Source of the DNA: Lingula anatina
Lineage: Eukaryota; Animalia; Brachiopoda
Direction of reading: 5' to 3'
Assembly: GCA_051362555.1 (NCBI GenBank)
Contig: CM120648.1
Span: forward strand, 4,212,587-4,276,586
Length of the DNA: 64,000 nucleotides
Of this stretch, positions 1 through 50,251 are shown piece by piece. The notes beneath the pieces were generated by a model, which was not told where the DNA came from, searched no databases, and saw only the letters and a list, made by a program, of their open reading frames with translations. The position numbers and the translations under genes were made by a program. Position 1 is the first letter of the stretch; each line of letters opens with the position of its first letter.

Positions 1-134
1 ATGAGAGCCAAAAGATAATTGCTGCTAGCAAAAAAAAAAAAAAAAAGAAAAAAAATTCTTATGTACAGGTGTGTTGCCTGAAGGAAACCGGGAATGGAAA
101 AATTAACAGGCATGAAAGCATGTTTTATGTGCCA

Positions 135-172
<38 letters not shown>

Positions 173-478
173 ATATGTTCAGTGCTAGCATGCATGAGTA
201 AAAGAGTTATTCAAGATAAGAATAGAACATTTTTTCTCTAGTAACATTGTAATTTATAACACATCTAGGTTTTTGTTTTAGAAAGAATAGAATAGAATTT
301 GTACTGTCTTCCCGTTTTAGAAACAACTCACCTCTTTATTTATATTTGAATTTGTGCAAAGCATTTTAAACCAAAGTCAGAATTGTCTTTTATCATTAAC
401 ATTTAGGTGACCAATCCAAAATAATATCGATTTCGTTACAAACATTTATCAAGATATTTTTGCTCTTTTTATTTCCAG

Positions 479-37387
<36,909 letters not shown>

Positions 37388-40300
37388 GATGACCACTGAC
37401 CATTGGCTGCAAGGGGAAGGGGGGGGAGAGAGAGAGAGAGAGAGAAAAATGACATTAAGTCACCATCAACATTGGAAAAACCATTGCAAACTAACCAACT
37501 GACTCTGAACAGGGCACTCAAACCACTATAATGCCCACATTGATAAAGTGGAACAAATTATCAGTCTTTGGAAAGTGTAGTGGTACCTATTTGACTGATT
37601 CAGAAGTGAATTTCACATGAAAACTGTGGCTGAACTGATGTATTTATATCTCTGACACATTTATGCTTACTTCAGAAATGAACTTACAGAAGGGTCAAAA
37701 TATGATGGCATTGGATATTGTTTATATACCTATAAGGCAGCAACATATTGTTCACACTTCAATATTATTTTGTTTGTTTAGAAATATGTGAGGATTTTTG
37801 TTTTAGTAGGACAGGTGAAAGGAGGGTCATGGAGTGACAAATACACCATTTTTAAGATAACAAAATCAGTTGTCAGACGACTACAAATCTGCAGGTCGTC
37901 ACAAACCGATGTTCATATCCAATGTGAACATTCATATAATTTTTTGTGAGTGGCAGCTTTGGTCTTTTGGAAACACGGCATTTGTGCCATACTTATATCT
38001 GAAAATGTCATAGTTCTAAGGAATTTAAATACAGTAGTGGTTTATGATAAAATTTTTGTCCAGTTATTGTGGTCATGATATGAAATTGGAAGAATGGTGG
38101 AACTAGTCAGGTACGGCATGAGAACGAGGCTAGTCAGCCCTGGGCTCAAAACGTTGAAATCTGGCCTGCAATTCATTTGGTTTTGTATATTTTCTGCTGC
38201 AAGTAAAACAGCTGGGAACTGTTTTTCATTTAACTGATATTTTACTGTGCCCTAAAGGTTCAACGGGGAGACCATTGGGAATGGGGAATCAATTTTGTTT
38301 TGAAATTTATATTTTCTCTGTAATTTGTATCTGATGTATTATAGTAGATCATTATTTTAAATACGTTGCTTCAAAAGACACCGTGGCTACATAAATCTTA
38401 AGATAGTCAGCGCTGTTGCAGTGGATCATAAGAAACCTATTAATACTATCATCTACCTTGTAAATACTTGTGTGAAAGTTTATCATATTTATTTTCATTC
38501 TTAATGTTGTGAATATTTAACTTGATGTAGTATTCTGGTCGGGCAGTAGCATCATGTTTAATTATGGAAGGCGTGATGACGCAATCATAGAACTAGATTT
38601 GCTTTTAGGTGAGTTCAAGCTGACGGAACTGTTCTGAGTGGATTTTACTGAAGTCTTGAGCAATTGTGATATAACGACCTCGCAGTTGTTAAAAACAGCA
38701 ATGGTTACCTTCCATTCAGTTTAGAAAGGTGGTTTGCTGCTTTGCTGTTAGCCTGTTGGCTGGTGTGTTGCTGGTATAAAATGTATTAGAACGGGATTAA
38801 CTTTTGATTAAGTTCAGACAGTGTGACACACATGTTAATACTGAAGATAAAATTAAAGGGTTTATTGTAAAAAGGTAGATGGCGTGTTTGAATGTAACAT
38901 GTATAAAATCTAGATGGCGCTGTGGATATTGTGTAAAAATTATAGACATTTTTCAATGAGATTTGGCTTACGTAACTGAAGGGTGATGAATTTTCTCATC
39001 TTCTATGGAATCAAATCTAACCAGATATTAATAAAAACATGATTGTGAAAAATGTACTCGTTTGTTGGGATACAAATAGTTGCAACAGACGCTGTAAAGC
39101 ACTCCCAGGACTCCGTTGACTTAAGACTAGGAATTGATATGCTAATTTTTTCTCGCATGGTGTCGATTTTAAGATTGACGGTTTGTAGATAGAAACCAAG
39201 CAACTTAAAATGCCACACGTTTAAGGTGCATAATCACAACTGCGCAAATCGATAATGATTAGTTTTACCTAAAACCGCCTTAATGAGATACAAAGATTTC
39301 AGAATACATGGGTTTGAAAAAATCTTTCTGCCCTGCAGAATAAATGAAACGTGGGCACAGACAACCGATACGTAATTATATCTGTACATGCCTTTTAATG
39401 TGAAAAAAAATATCCAAATGAACATTACTGGAACTAATAGACATGACACGTGCTAAGGTACCGACGTATCTAAATGTTTACCAACTTTCGGTGCAGCAGA
39501 TAACATCAAACGAGACTTAGATTTGAACGAGCTTTCACGAGAGGTGGGGTTAAAATCTGCCATGCAACTTTTCTCGCGGTCGGGCACAAGCCTATGTTAT
39601 AGACTGCACTGCGTACGTCTGGTGGCTGGCCCATTTGTCATTTTAAGCCTGACTTGTTGAAATTTGGCGAAAAATATTTTCTTTTCATTTCACAGCCTGA
39701 TTATAAAATAGCTCTAGGCGAATCTTGAGCATAATATCCGTCAGCTTGGTGAATATGTAGTCTAAAATCGTTATTTGCACAGAAGCAAAACGCTCTGAAA
39801 GCTTACATGCCAGCTTAGGGCCAATCAATAACAGTTACATCTACATGTACACAGTCCGACGAAAGCTTTCGCCCAGGTTAACCGTTATCTATTTATTAAA
39901 TTTTATTTATTTATCTGTTCATTTATTGAGGGTAGAAACATGGCAAATCAAAACTTAATCCCCGTTATGAGGTCAGTTGATGAAGAAATGATTAAAAATA
40001 ATTCATTGAAAAATCCTACGTGAAAACTATCAAAATAATATCATAATGTTTTGCTTCTGTACAAGTAACAATTTAGCGCTGGAGTCTCAATGAATTCATT
40101 AACCATAACCCTGAGCAGTCTTTTTCATAACAATAATATTTTTTGGGGGGACTGGCATATTCTTTTTCAAAATACAATGATGTAAAAAAGATTCTAGAAA
40201 TTTGCTTTAAACAGGTGAAATGCACGGAAATACACAGTGGACATGTATGCCGACATTCAGTTAAGTGCAATCATGTCCTAGGACACGACCTGACCGAACC

Positions 40301-43300
40301 TGTCATCTCTTTTATTGTTATAGTGGTTGCAGAATCACCTGAAACTCTAAAGGAGTATCTTTCTCTCCCCCCTCCCGCCCCCTTCTGAAACCTCAATCCT
40401 GTTCTTGTCCTGGCGGCTTTAATCTGATGGTGAGGGATATAGAAGCTAGTTAAATAAATGACGAGACTTGAAGGTGTCAAGTGACGATATCAGTGCTATG
40501 GTACCCCGTTCTCTCTGATATGGAGCTTTCAACTTGACAGGTTACAATAAATAATTATCGGAATTCCTTCTATAGGTGGTTAATCTTCCCACAAAAATCA
40601 ATTCTTTGACCTTTGGAAGAGCGGCCCGGTGGTGGAAAGAGCCCTTCAATAAACCACATTAGACACGCTTGAATAAGCTTTCGTAGAAAAGAAAATTGGG
40701 CAATTTAAATTGCTGACAGGGAGGCTTCTGCTCATCAGATTGCGAAACGAAGTTATCTCTTGTTACATGGCAGCTTTATCTCTCTCTTGGAGCAAGATTA
40801 TCTTTGTCACACGTAATCGACACAGCTTTCAGAATATCGACGAATTAAAACTTTGCGTCACGCAGTAAAGAGTGGCCAACAAGTCCCAAAAAGTTGGTAC
40901 GAAAAGTAGAAAGAGAAAGAGAAGAATACTGAGAAAGACTGAAAGTCATGCCTGATACGTGTTTTGTTCGTATTTGCAGCGTTGAAAGTCTTACCGAATG
41001 AAAGAGGACATATGAATGCCATTTCCTACAACCTCCGTTTCCTGGCCCCACCGAACCTAGTTCCATTCTCTAAGTCATTTGATCTCTGGATGTATACTTC
41101 ATGAACATCTAATGTTTCGTCTCCATCGGGGACCGTAAGCCAGCAAAATCTATAATCTCACGAAAATCTTATTACGGAGATTATTATTGAAACAAATGCT
41201 GTTCGTGCGATAAGGGATTCGTCAATTATTGGCTGGTTTCTACTGGGAATACATGCTGGGAGTTTTTCAATGCGTAAGGCTAATTGCCCGTGAATATGAA
41301 TCAAATGGATGCTTGTTTTTGTATTAAGTATTGTGCATAATAACTCATTCCAGGAGCGCCTTGACGCGGTCCTCGACGATAAGTAAAAGCTGTTGCTACT
41401 TGGAGATTTCCCTTTAAGAACTCAAGCCGACTATCTCTATTTAGATGCCATTTTTGGTGGTGCCATTTTGTTGGCACCAACGGTAGCCCCCGTGGAGCGG
41501 ATCGCTTTACGATATGCAAGGCAGGTGCTTGCTTTTAGCTACTGAACCTCCCAGGACGTGCGTGTGATTGCTATAACGTCAATTGTCTTCGTCATGAAGG
41601 ATAACAACTTGTTGTTTGGAGCTATTTTCAGATCTGTTCAGGGTATAAATATGATGACAAAAACGTCCAATTGCTGTCTTTAACTACCCCCAGTTCATTT
41701 CAGAACATGAGGACGGTTGCTGTAACATCTGAATTTCTAGCGTATGAACGTTGCGGTGATTTATAGCATGAAACTACTTGGGCTTTAATCTTTATCAAGG
41801 ATTTTATGGAAAGAAAGGGCTGTACTTACTACCTGAATACCCAATTATGTCCAAATCCAACAGTTTCTATAGGAATGTAAGAAAGTCTGTCATAAGCACG
41901 CCCATATCGGTCTGGTGTACGACCCATATCTTTCTATATCATGGCGGGGAATGCCAATAATGTTGTTCTCAAAGTTCCATGTTACTTTTAACTAGAAACT
42001 AGAGAATATACCTTTATACCCTAAAACCTGGGAAATACCAGGTTACCTCACTAATCCCGTGAAATCCGAATACATTTATATTTTTGATGACTTTTTTAAC
42101 GGCTTCTGATTTTTATTAAGGTACCCAAGCAATAGTGCACCATTCCTTGGTTTGTTAATGTGATTACTGGATAGACTATCCTCGGAAAGCCATGCATCAT
42201 TTATACTCTAACCAATGAAGGGCTCAAATCTGAACGGGTCAATGCGGGCGATCCCATACTAACTGGATCTAGTGTAGTGGTTTGAGGAAGCGGGCCTTGA
42301 GATCAGACAAGAGAAATTGTATGGTCTAGCGCAAATGTCTTCTGGCCTGAGCTTTATCGGTGAGAGCTGATAGTTGAAGAAGCTGTGATTATACTGACGA
42401 CGATCTCCTAACTGTTAACGGCATGTTATATTTACTGACAACGCGGAATTACAAATGTATCATCTTATGCTGAGAAATTAAAAATATAATCTACTGGAAA
42501 TGAATACATCTGATTATGGATCAGAAAAGACTATTATTCAACTGGAAGTTTGAATATTATTCATATCGTTCTGAGAAGTGACTACAAGTGTTACAATTAT
42601 GCTGAAGAACAATATTTTTGCAATAAAAAAAGCCAGAGAAAACATTCTCTACTCGGAAAGCCTACGATGAAAAAAAATTCTGTCAATTTTCATTACCATG
42701 GTAAATGAAACACGCTCACGCAGAACTGTGATTTTATTTTGAGGATAGCTTCGAATGGCGTCCGTCGTATAGTTCACAAAGCAGTGCGACAGAAATTGAA
42801 TTTATAGGATACGAGGAGTGCATTAAAGTAGCGTCTGGGGAACAATAAATGATTATCTTATTACAGAGGCTTTGATCGGAGACGACAAAGAAGTAGCTCA
42901 GTTTCGCCCAGTGTGACAGCCGTAGAGATGATAGTGAAAGCAATGGATAGATGTTCGCTAAGCGGAAGATAGAGAGGTCCGTTTAAATCCCAAATACGAT
43001 AAGCCAGTACTGGGGACAATGGAAGTGCCTGTTTACACCGTGAGGTTAGGCAATATTTTGTTATTTACCTTTTTGTTTTGTAATTCAAGTGGTAATGGAT
43101 TTTTCTTACTTTGTAGTTACGAACGATTCCAATTGGTAAAACTACAAGTGCACAATATGTGTAGCCTACAGTTTACTCCGTACCATAGTTCTATAAAATT
43201 TCCTTAAAAAGTTTCTGAATAGGGTGAATTATCTATTGAGTGAAATGCATAAGCCATTACTTATTGCATTGATTTCATTTAAAAGATGTGTGGGTCATCA

Positions 43301-44054
43301 TCAATATTGCAAGTATTAAAATATCAGTGTTACAGATTCATTTAAATTTCACACGTTTTGTCTTCTTAAAAAGATTCCTTTCGTGTTTCTTTACAGTGAT
43401 ACGTTGCATGTGAAAATAACAAATACCAAATTGCTACCATGACTGACTGTTAAACAGCGCGATTCCCAATGGAAAGAAATGTCAAAGATGGCTGTCAACT
43501 ACGGACCATAAACAAAAACATCATGTTACACGGGGATTCAGCACCTAGACTGTAACTCATTTCCCCATAAATGTGCTTGTTACTGTAACTATTTTAGCAA
43601 GTGACCTGGATGTGATGCTGAAATGGATAAAAAAACAGAAAAACAGCCTTTTCACTTTTTTGAAAACTATATGAGCCACGCAGAAATGGACAGATTTAAT
43701 TCAATTCAATTTGATTTGTCAAACCTCACATAAGGAATAGGAAGGTGTTTTTGGATGACGACCTTCTCTGTCATTGGATTAGTTAAGTGGTGTTACCTGC
43801 CACAAGAATAAACTGTTACAGCTCCAAAATACTGTTGGGATCTAATTAACCAATGTGTTTAATTTAACAATGGCTGGAGTTGGTCTGGCACATCTCTCGA
43901 CCGGCTACATAAAACGATGCATTAACGGCTCCAGTGAATCACAAGAAATTCAACAGTGCTATCTTTCAGATGCAAATAATGACTTAGGCCTACGGATGAA
44001 TATGTTGAAATAATTAATTTATTACTGTTATCTAGTGTCACTGTGCTACTAGAA

Positions 44055-47000
44055 ATGACCAACTACACAAGCTCTCTCGCTCTCAAACATGAGCTCAAAT
44101 GGGCGTGGCCGGTCCATGCGTATGGGTTTGGCAGTGCTTACGCCTCACTGGCGATATACGCCATGGTTTGCGGCGCCCAGGCGGCCTACTACAGGAGACG
44201 TTCTGTTATGGTCGGGATAACGTTCCTCATAGTGACCTTGACCCTGAGTCAAGCCACGTTTCTTTTCGTAGACCCATACGGGACGACTGGACAGTTGGGG
44301 CGCTCCGCGCTCATCATGTTGTCTTGCCTCGCCTACCCATGCCTGATGTCTTCCTTTAATCTTCTCGTCTTGATGATTTTACCTTTAATACACAATTCCC
44401 ACGCCGACAAAATTCCGTGTCTGTTGCGGCGAGGTCTCGTCATCATTGCCGGTATTCTTATTCATTTTACCACGGTGGTTTTGATAGATTTTACTGCGGC
44501 GTACCACAGCATTGCACATATACACGACGGTCGTGTGTTCTGCCATGCTGTATTCATAACCTTGGTCACTATTCTACAGATCAACTTCCTCGTGATGAGA
44601 GTCCGGCTTCATGCATACCTGAAACAGAGCGCGCACGTGCTGAAGCATATAACTACGTACCAGCAAGGAGGGAGTAAGCGAGCGATACCGAGGCTCGAAA
44701 TGGTCGCCGGCGAGTCTATCGTTTCTGAAGCCCTCTCTCTTAGTTCAGACCCAGAAGAGCTGTCGACATCCAGTCCGACAGCGTCGACCTCCGCTGGCAA
44801 TGGCAGGGTCACTAGGGCTGGTCCCTCATGTACGTCACAGCAACTTTTACCACTTGATGTCACACATCTAGAGAGTTGCACACCAGAACAAGCAATGTCA
44901 ACGGAAGGTAGCACACAGACTCTTTTAAGGAATGGCGGGAAAGGAGGACGAGGCGAATCTAGGGGTATGACGTCACAAAGAAAAGAGCTGACGTCACTGG
45001 TTCTAGGAGAGGATGAGGATTCAGAGGAAGATTTGGATGATGACGTCACAGGATGGCAGAAGACGCCCTCTGTGTACGCTATTGCTAACCCACCTGACAG
45101 CGTGGCATCTTCAGATAGACTGTTAAACAACGGGGTGCACCCTGTGAAACCCCACGAAAAAGATAGTGACTCCGGCAGCGACTCCGATTTTTATTCCATG
45201 AAGCAACTGGAGAACGATTATCATGCAAAGGAAAAACAGGTTTACAACACGTGTGAAATGCCGCTGAATAACTATCATTTGATTCCAACACAGGACAAAA
45301 AGAAATCTATAAGAACTACTTCTACTGTATTTTTCAATGCTTGCTTCTTTGGGGGAGAAATGGAATCGGGACAATTGGACAACGTACCGGTAGATGGGGG
45401 CGTTCTGTCAGACAGGACCTCTAGAAATAATGTTTACCCCGGCTCACCTGGAGTGTCAATTAAACTGCCAAAGAAGGCAAGCAGAACAGAGGACGCCAAA
45501 AGGAGAGAAAGCTATGTGAACAAGGGTTATGTAACCGATATGGAGTCATCGGATCCACAAACGTTAAGTCCCGACAAGGAGTTGTGCCTCACCGAGATCG
45601 CCTTCGATGGTACCATCAGTCACGAATCAGCGAGGGATTCAAATCAAAAGATAATAAGTAAAACTACTAATGCTATTAAAGTGTCCCCTCAGGTACATAG
45701 TTCAGATAACACTGGGGTCCGGGATGCTGTCGTCACTGAATCAGAACAAAACGAAACGGCCACCAGTGCAAAAAATAGGGTGACCAATGCATCAAACTAC
45801 CACGAAAAAACTGACCACAATGGCCCCACTTGTCCAACACGTGTCGTATTGGAACCGGATAGTGTAGAACTCACCAGTGGCACACTAAGGTCACAAGGAC
45901 AACGGGAAGTTAGCAACTCTGCTAATGAGCAAAATAATGTGAAAGATGTGTCACCAAATACGCAGGGCAAAAATGGTAGGGGATATCAGAATGGCGTTAC
46001 ACTCGTCTCACAAGACACCGACACAATAAGCATGACGCAATTGTCACCAGAACGCCAGGATTCGAACGTCGCCAATATCCCAACTGATCTCAGCCACACG
46101 TCACCAAGGTCAGAGGTCACAGACACCACAATTGATAACATATTTCTATCACAGAAATCAGACGGCCGAGATGACAACACCACAGAGACTCAAGCAGTAC
46201 CTTCAAACTCGGCCAGAACCCATATTGGTCTCGCCCACGTGCGCAGGGCGCGTATACTGTCCCGTGCCGTGAATGTGATGAGCATGACGGTGGTGTTGGG
46301 GATGTTGGTGAGCGGCATGCAACTGTACGAGCTGGTGGGTCCGGAAGGGGAAATTACGTCACACGTCCATCCGTGGCCTTGGCTGAGATTTCATACGGCG
46401 TTTAGGTAAAGAATCTTATACAGGGTGTTCCATAAAAGGGCCTATTTAACTTTCCATCTGAATTAAAGATAGGTTGAATTTATGGACCACCCTGTACATA
46501 AGTTATTTCTTGTTTGATAGCTCTATGCTTTAAGAAAAAAAATAATAGTAACAATGATAATGATAATAATGAACAACTATGGGGGAAATAAAAGTACCAA
46601 TAGTAACATATGAATATTGGATATTTGACTGGCAATTGAAAAGGTTAGGTACAAGTGAAATAACGACGCGCATACCCCCGAGACACAATACAGGAACTCG
46701 CATGTTATCGCACTTTGTCTAGGTAACATCCTACTTACGTGTATCTTGTATTAGGCAAACTTGGAATTGGCTGAAAACCTGCCTCACGGGAGGACATTGT
46801 TGGCAAAACGTTATGTTTTTTAGTAGAAATTAACTATCGCCCATCTGGAAATGTCAACTTAAACAGCTTGTTCAGAATACAATTCAAAATGTAATTTGTC
46901 AAAGCATAAAATGGATCTGAAAAGTACAAGTATATTATATTAACGCCTTTTCTTGTCTTAGATCATTGGTAGTCAGTAGGCATGGTTATGTCGACATGCT

Positions 47001-48549
47001 GGCGTAGTTCTCCATGATTGTTTTGGGAGATAGTGTTGAAGTTGTTGCTGTTGTAATTACCTCTTGGGACTGGATGATGACGCACACGATAATTCCTTAC
47101 AGATTTAAATCTTTAAAGATTTGCACACAGAGCAAAAAACAAGATACTTGAAGCGTACAGCCTTCCTAAATTTAAGACCGGTCCAAATTGAAGAGGGACG
47201 CGGGCAGGGCATTCAGTCTGAGTCTTAATAGAAAGATTGTTTAAAATCGAAATAGGTCTGTTTTGATGATAACTCAATTATCGCTGTTTTAACACTCAAT
47301 AAGCGAAGAAACTTGTTAATGAACTCTCTGAAATCCGATTACGTTGCCCCTATTGATTTGGAGCCGCATAAGCCGATGTTCTTAGGATCTGGTGCACATA
47401 TGAGCGAAGGTTACATTGAACGTCAGATGAAAAGGTTCTGATCTTGATCGGGAAAGCACATATGAATGGCAGAGATGCCAACAACCGTACGTGTTTACTA
47501 AAATAGGTACTGGTATATCATTTGTTTGACGTTGTTAACAACAGAATAGCTCCTTAATACAAAGAGAATCGAAATATCTAGCTAGCAAAATGCAGACACC
47601 AAACATTCATTCATCCAGCACTGGCAACATTCTGTATACCTTTTCATTGTAAGCCTGACTGTTCGACTTGTTTTATCAAAATCTAATCTGTTCGTTTATT
47701 TTAGACGCTTTCCCTTTGACCGTCTCCCCCTATGGCTGAAATCGAGGTTATTTCGGGTAACATGTACTAGCTCATTGTGGCCTTCCATTTTTATTCCCCT
47801 GGAAGCAGCATACTGATCACGATTCGATTTAGTTGTGTTTGCTCCATTCCAAGGTCCAGTCAACCAGCTTATTGCTCTGGGAATTTAGTGCAAGTGCACA
47901 ACGATCATTAACATGAATGAAGAAAGTGTGTCCAATAAATTTACTTTGTTCTTTTCACATTAAAATGCAAACATGAACAAAATATCATGGCTCAGTGAAA
48001 TCAAGACTTTGTTTTTAAGGAACCTTTCAAGCGACTGTCTGATAGGTCTCAATTTACAATCTGCTGAACAAAATGATAATGTATTGTCAAAATGTGACCC
48101 CATTAACTGCGTCTTCGATTTTAAGGACACTGTAAATTTTACAGTAAGGCGTTTGGGTGTTGGAAATGCACTGTCAGTGGAGGAAATAAACGACGCGAGG
48201 CGTGTGGTCGACTCCTGTGACTGGAATATTATTCTTCCCGCCTCGAGATTGATGACTGCCGTCTGCTGGTTAATAAAGCAATGCATTTATTGTTACATTT
48301 TCCATTGGAAAGAAAGGCTTATTGATATAAAGTGACCATTGATATAAAATTGACGTGCATCCCTTGACGAGCTCTGCACTTTTTAAAAGAACATGTAAAG
48401 CTGATGAGTAGATGTTGTACCGCTCAGAATTAAGGAAACTACAAATAACCAGATGGACTAGGCAAGAGAAAAGGCTAAGTACATGTATCTCCCTCCTTGC
48501 ATACACTCACACCCGCACGAACAATGAAACACGCTAAAACTCTCTCACG

Positions 48550-48604
<55 letters not shown>

Positions 48605-49742
48605 GTTGTTGGTTAAGATCTACATTAAATACAGACTTATATATTGGAGCAGTAAAAACAGCTCAACTGCATATATGGATCTGTTGGTAAATATATTTTC
48701 CGGTCCAAAGCCGCAATAACTCATGGTCGCTAAACACTAATGAATAAGATAAACCATATCAATTTTCTAACGTTGGTAAATGAATCGCAAGAACAATCAA
48801 CTCCCGCAAAATATCTTCTTAGTTTCGTCCAAACGCAAAATTATCTGAAATCGACATTTCTGTGCAAATTTCACAATTTGGTATAAAATTTGGAGATGGG
48901 ATTGATAATTGGCCATTGAGATCGTAACGAGACGCCCAATCACTAAATCAAGTCTTTTAATAACACATTACAGCGCACATTATCTGTAAGATGAGTTCCG
49001 TAATTCGGCAATCCTATTCAATAAGCGTCCTCGTCCCTCGTGAATGCATCTACCCCTGTGATTGCCTTTTGCTTAACTATCTTCAGTGCTGGCTCTCAAA
49101 TCAGCAATGCACGTACGCATTGTGTATTCATAACTTCAAATTCATTCTTATTGTAAAGTCAATTAAATGAATGTAGCCTATTATCTACGATAACATACAA
49201 TATGTGCATTGCTGATATTTGAACATTCTTGCGATCCCATTTATCTGCTCTCAACCTGAAAATGGAGTAAGGTACCTTTTAATTGATAGGCCTATAGTGT
49301 AAAGAACATTTACAGCGGGCTTGAGGGAAAATTACTTACTTGAACTTCAGATAAGTCATAGCGGTTTTGGTAAATAAAAACAGTATACTAGCGATATATA
49401 TGTAAATCTGTTTAACTCTCCAATTCACTTTCTGCTTGACCTGCAGATATTGTGAAAAAGAAAAAAAAATGTTTTCTCCATTTCTTGTCTTTATGCTCAC
49501 GATTCATAATAAAAAATAACCATCTATCTATTAAGCACAAACTTTATGCGTAGGTCTTATATTACAAACGTTGACCAATTTGTCATCACAATCTATTCTT
49601 CCTTTTCAGGTTGTGCGAGGTTTTAATGGGCGCAACGATAGCTTATGTAACGTACTTTGTCCACAGAAAGCTCTACATTCCCAGAAAACGAATCCGTCAA
49701 CCAAAATCTGACAAAGAACAGCACGGCAACCCCACGTGCTAG
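44055..49742 (+). CDS. Proline-rich transmembrane protein 3/4-like (PRRT3/PRRT4 family) multi-pass membrane protein, 827 aa; coding exons 44055-46405 and 49610-49742
   Basis: WAWPVHAYGFG, FLFVDPYG and C-terminal PWPWLRFHTAFR|LCEV motifs fit the PRRT3/4 TM region. Donor ag|gtaaag at 46405 is phase 2 and matches acceptor ttttcag|g at 49610, reading RLCEVLMGATIAYV...PTC*. First in-frame ATG is at 44055, after an in-frame stop at 43980. Confidence 0.8.
46421..46494. mobile_element. 74-bp Tc1/mariner-type MITE
   Basis: TA-cagggtgttccataaa ... tttatggaccaccctg-TA: TIRs plus TA target duplication. Confidence 0.8.
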
Positions 49743-49878
49743 TCACGTGGTTGTCTCATACGTAGGTCACATGGGATTAAAAAAAACCGGAACAAGTGCA
49801 GTGTTGGCCGTCAGCGTAACTCCGCTTATATGTGATGAAGAGTAAAGGATGAAAAGTCAACCGAAATGCGGCTAACAA

Positions 49879-50251
49879 TAATCGAGGGGTTGAACTCCCA
49901 AAGCGGAAGTACGTGGAGCATATTGATAATTTGGCATTTTGTCTCTTTTACACGCAGTACACATATATGTGAACCAAGTACGTACATTTCCTGTTTTCCT
50001 TCATCCCAAATGTTCATCAATTCGGGGCATAAGTAAGCTCAGTAAGCAAAGTAATTCTCAGCACCTGTGCTATATTATATATGGGCACATTTGCGACAAA
50101 GAAAGCCACGATATGTAGCCTATATACATATAGCTGCTCGGTGCACATGCAGTGTATCTTTTTAGGTGTACTGTGTGCAAAAGGTACAAAATTCCACCAT
50201 TATCAATCTACTCAACGTACCTCGTTCTTGGGAGTTCAACCCCCTTGATAA
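49879..50251. mobile_element. Foldback/MITE with about 80-bp imperfect inverted arms, just 3' of the PRRT-like stop codon
   Basis: aggggttgaactccca...ttgataat...cagtacac (49885-49962) is the reverse complement of gtgtactg...attatcaa...tgggagttcaacccc (50166-50243). Confidence 0.7.

Noticed and set aside
39219-39650. Possible TTAA-flanked DNA transposon remnant
   Set aside because: I could not find a matching right terminal repeat.
44609-46183. Antisense ORFs (173, 83, 68, 65 aa) over the PRRT-like exon
   Set aside because: Shadow ORFs of a long coding exon with no independent features.
44043-46409. 788-aa ORF as a complete single-exon gene
   Set aside because: It starts at GTG and its stop lies within a donor (ag|gtaaag). 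The last TM helix is completed by exon 49610-49742.
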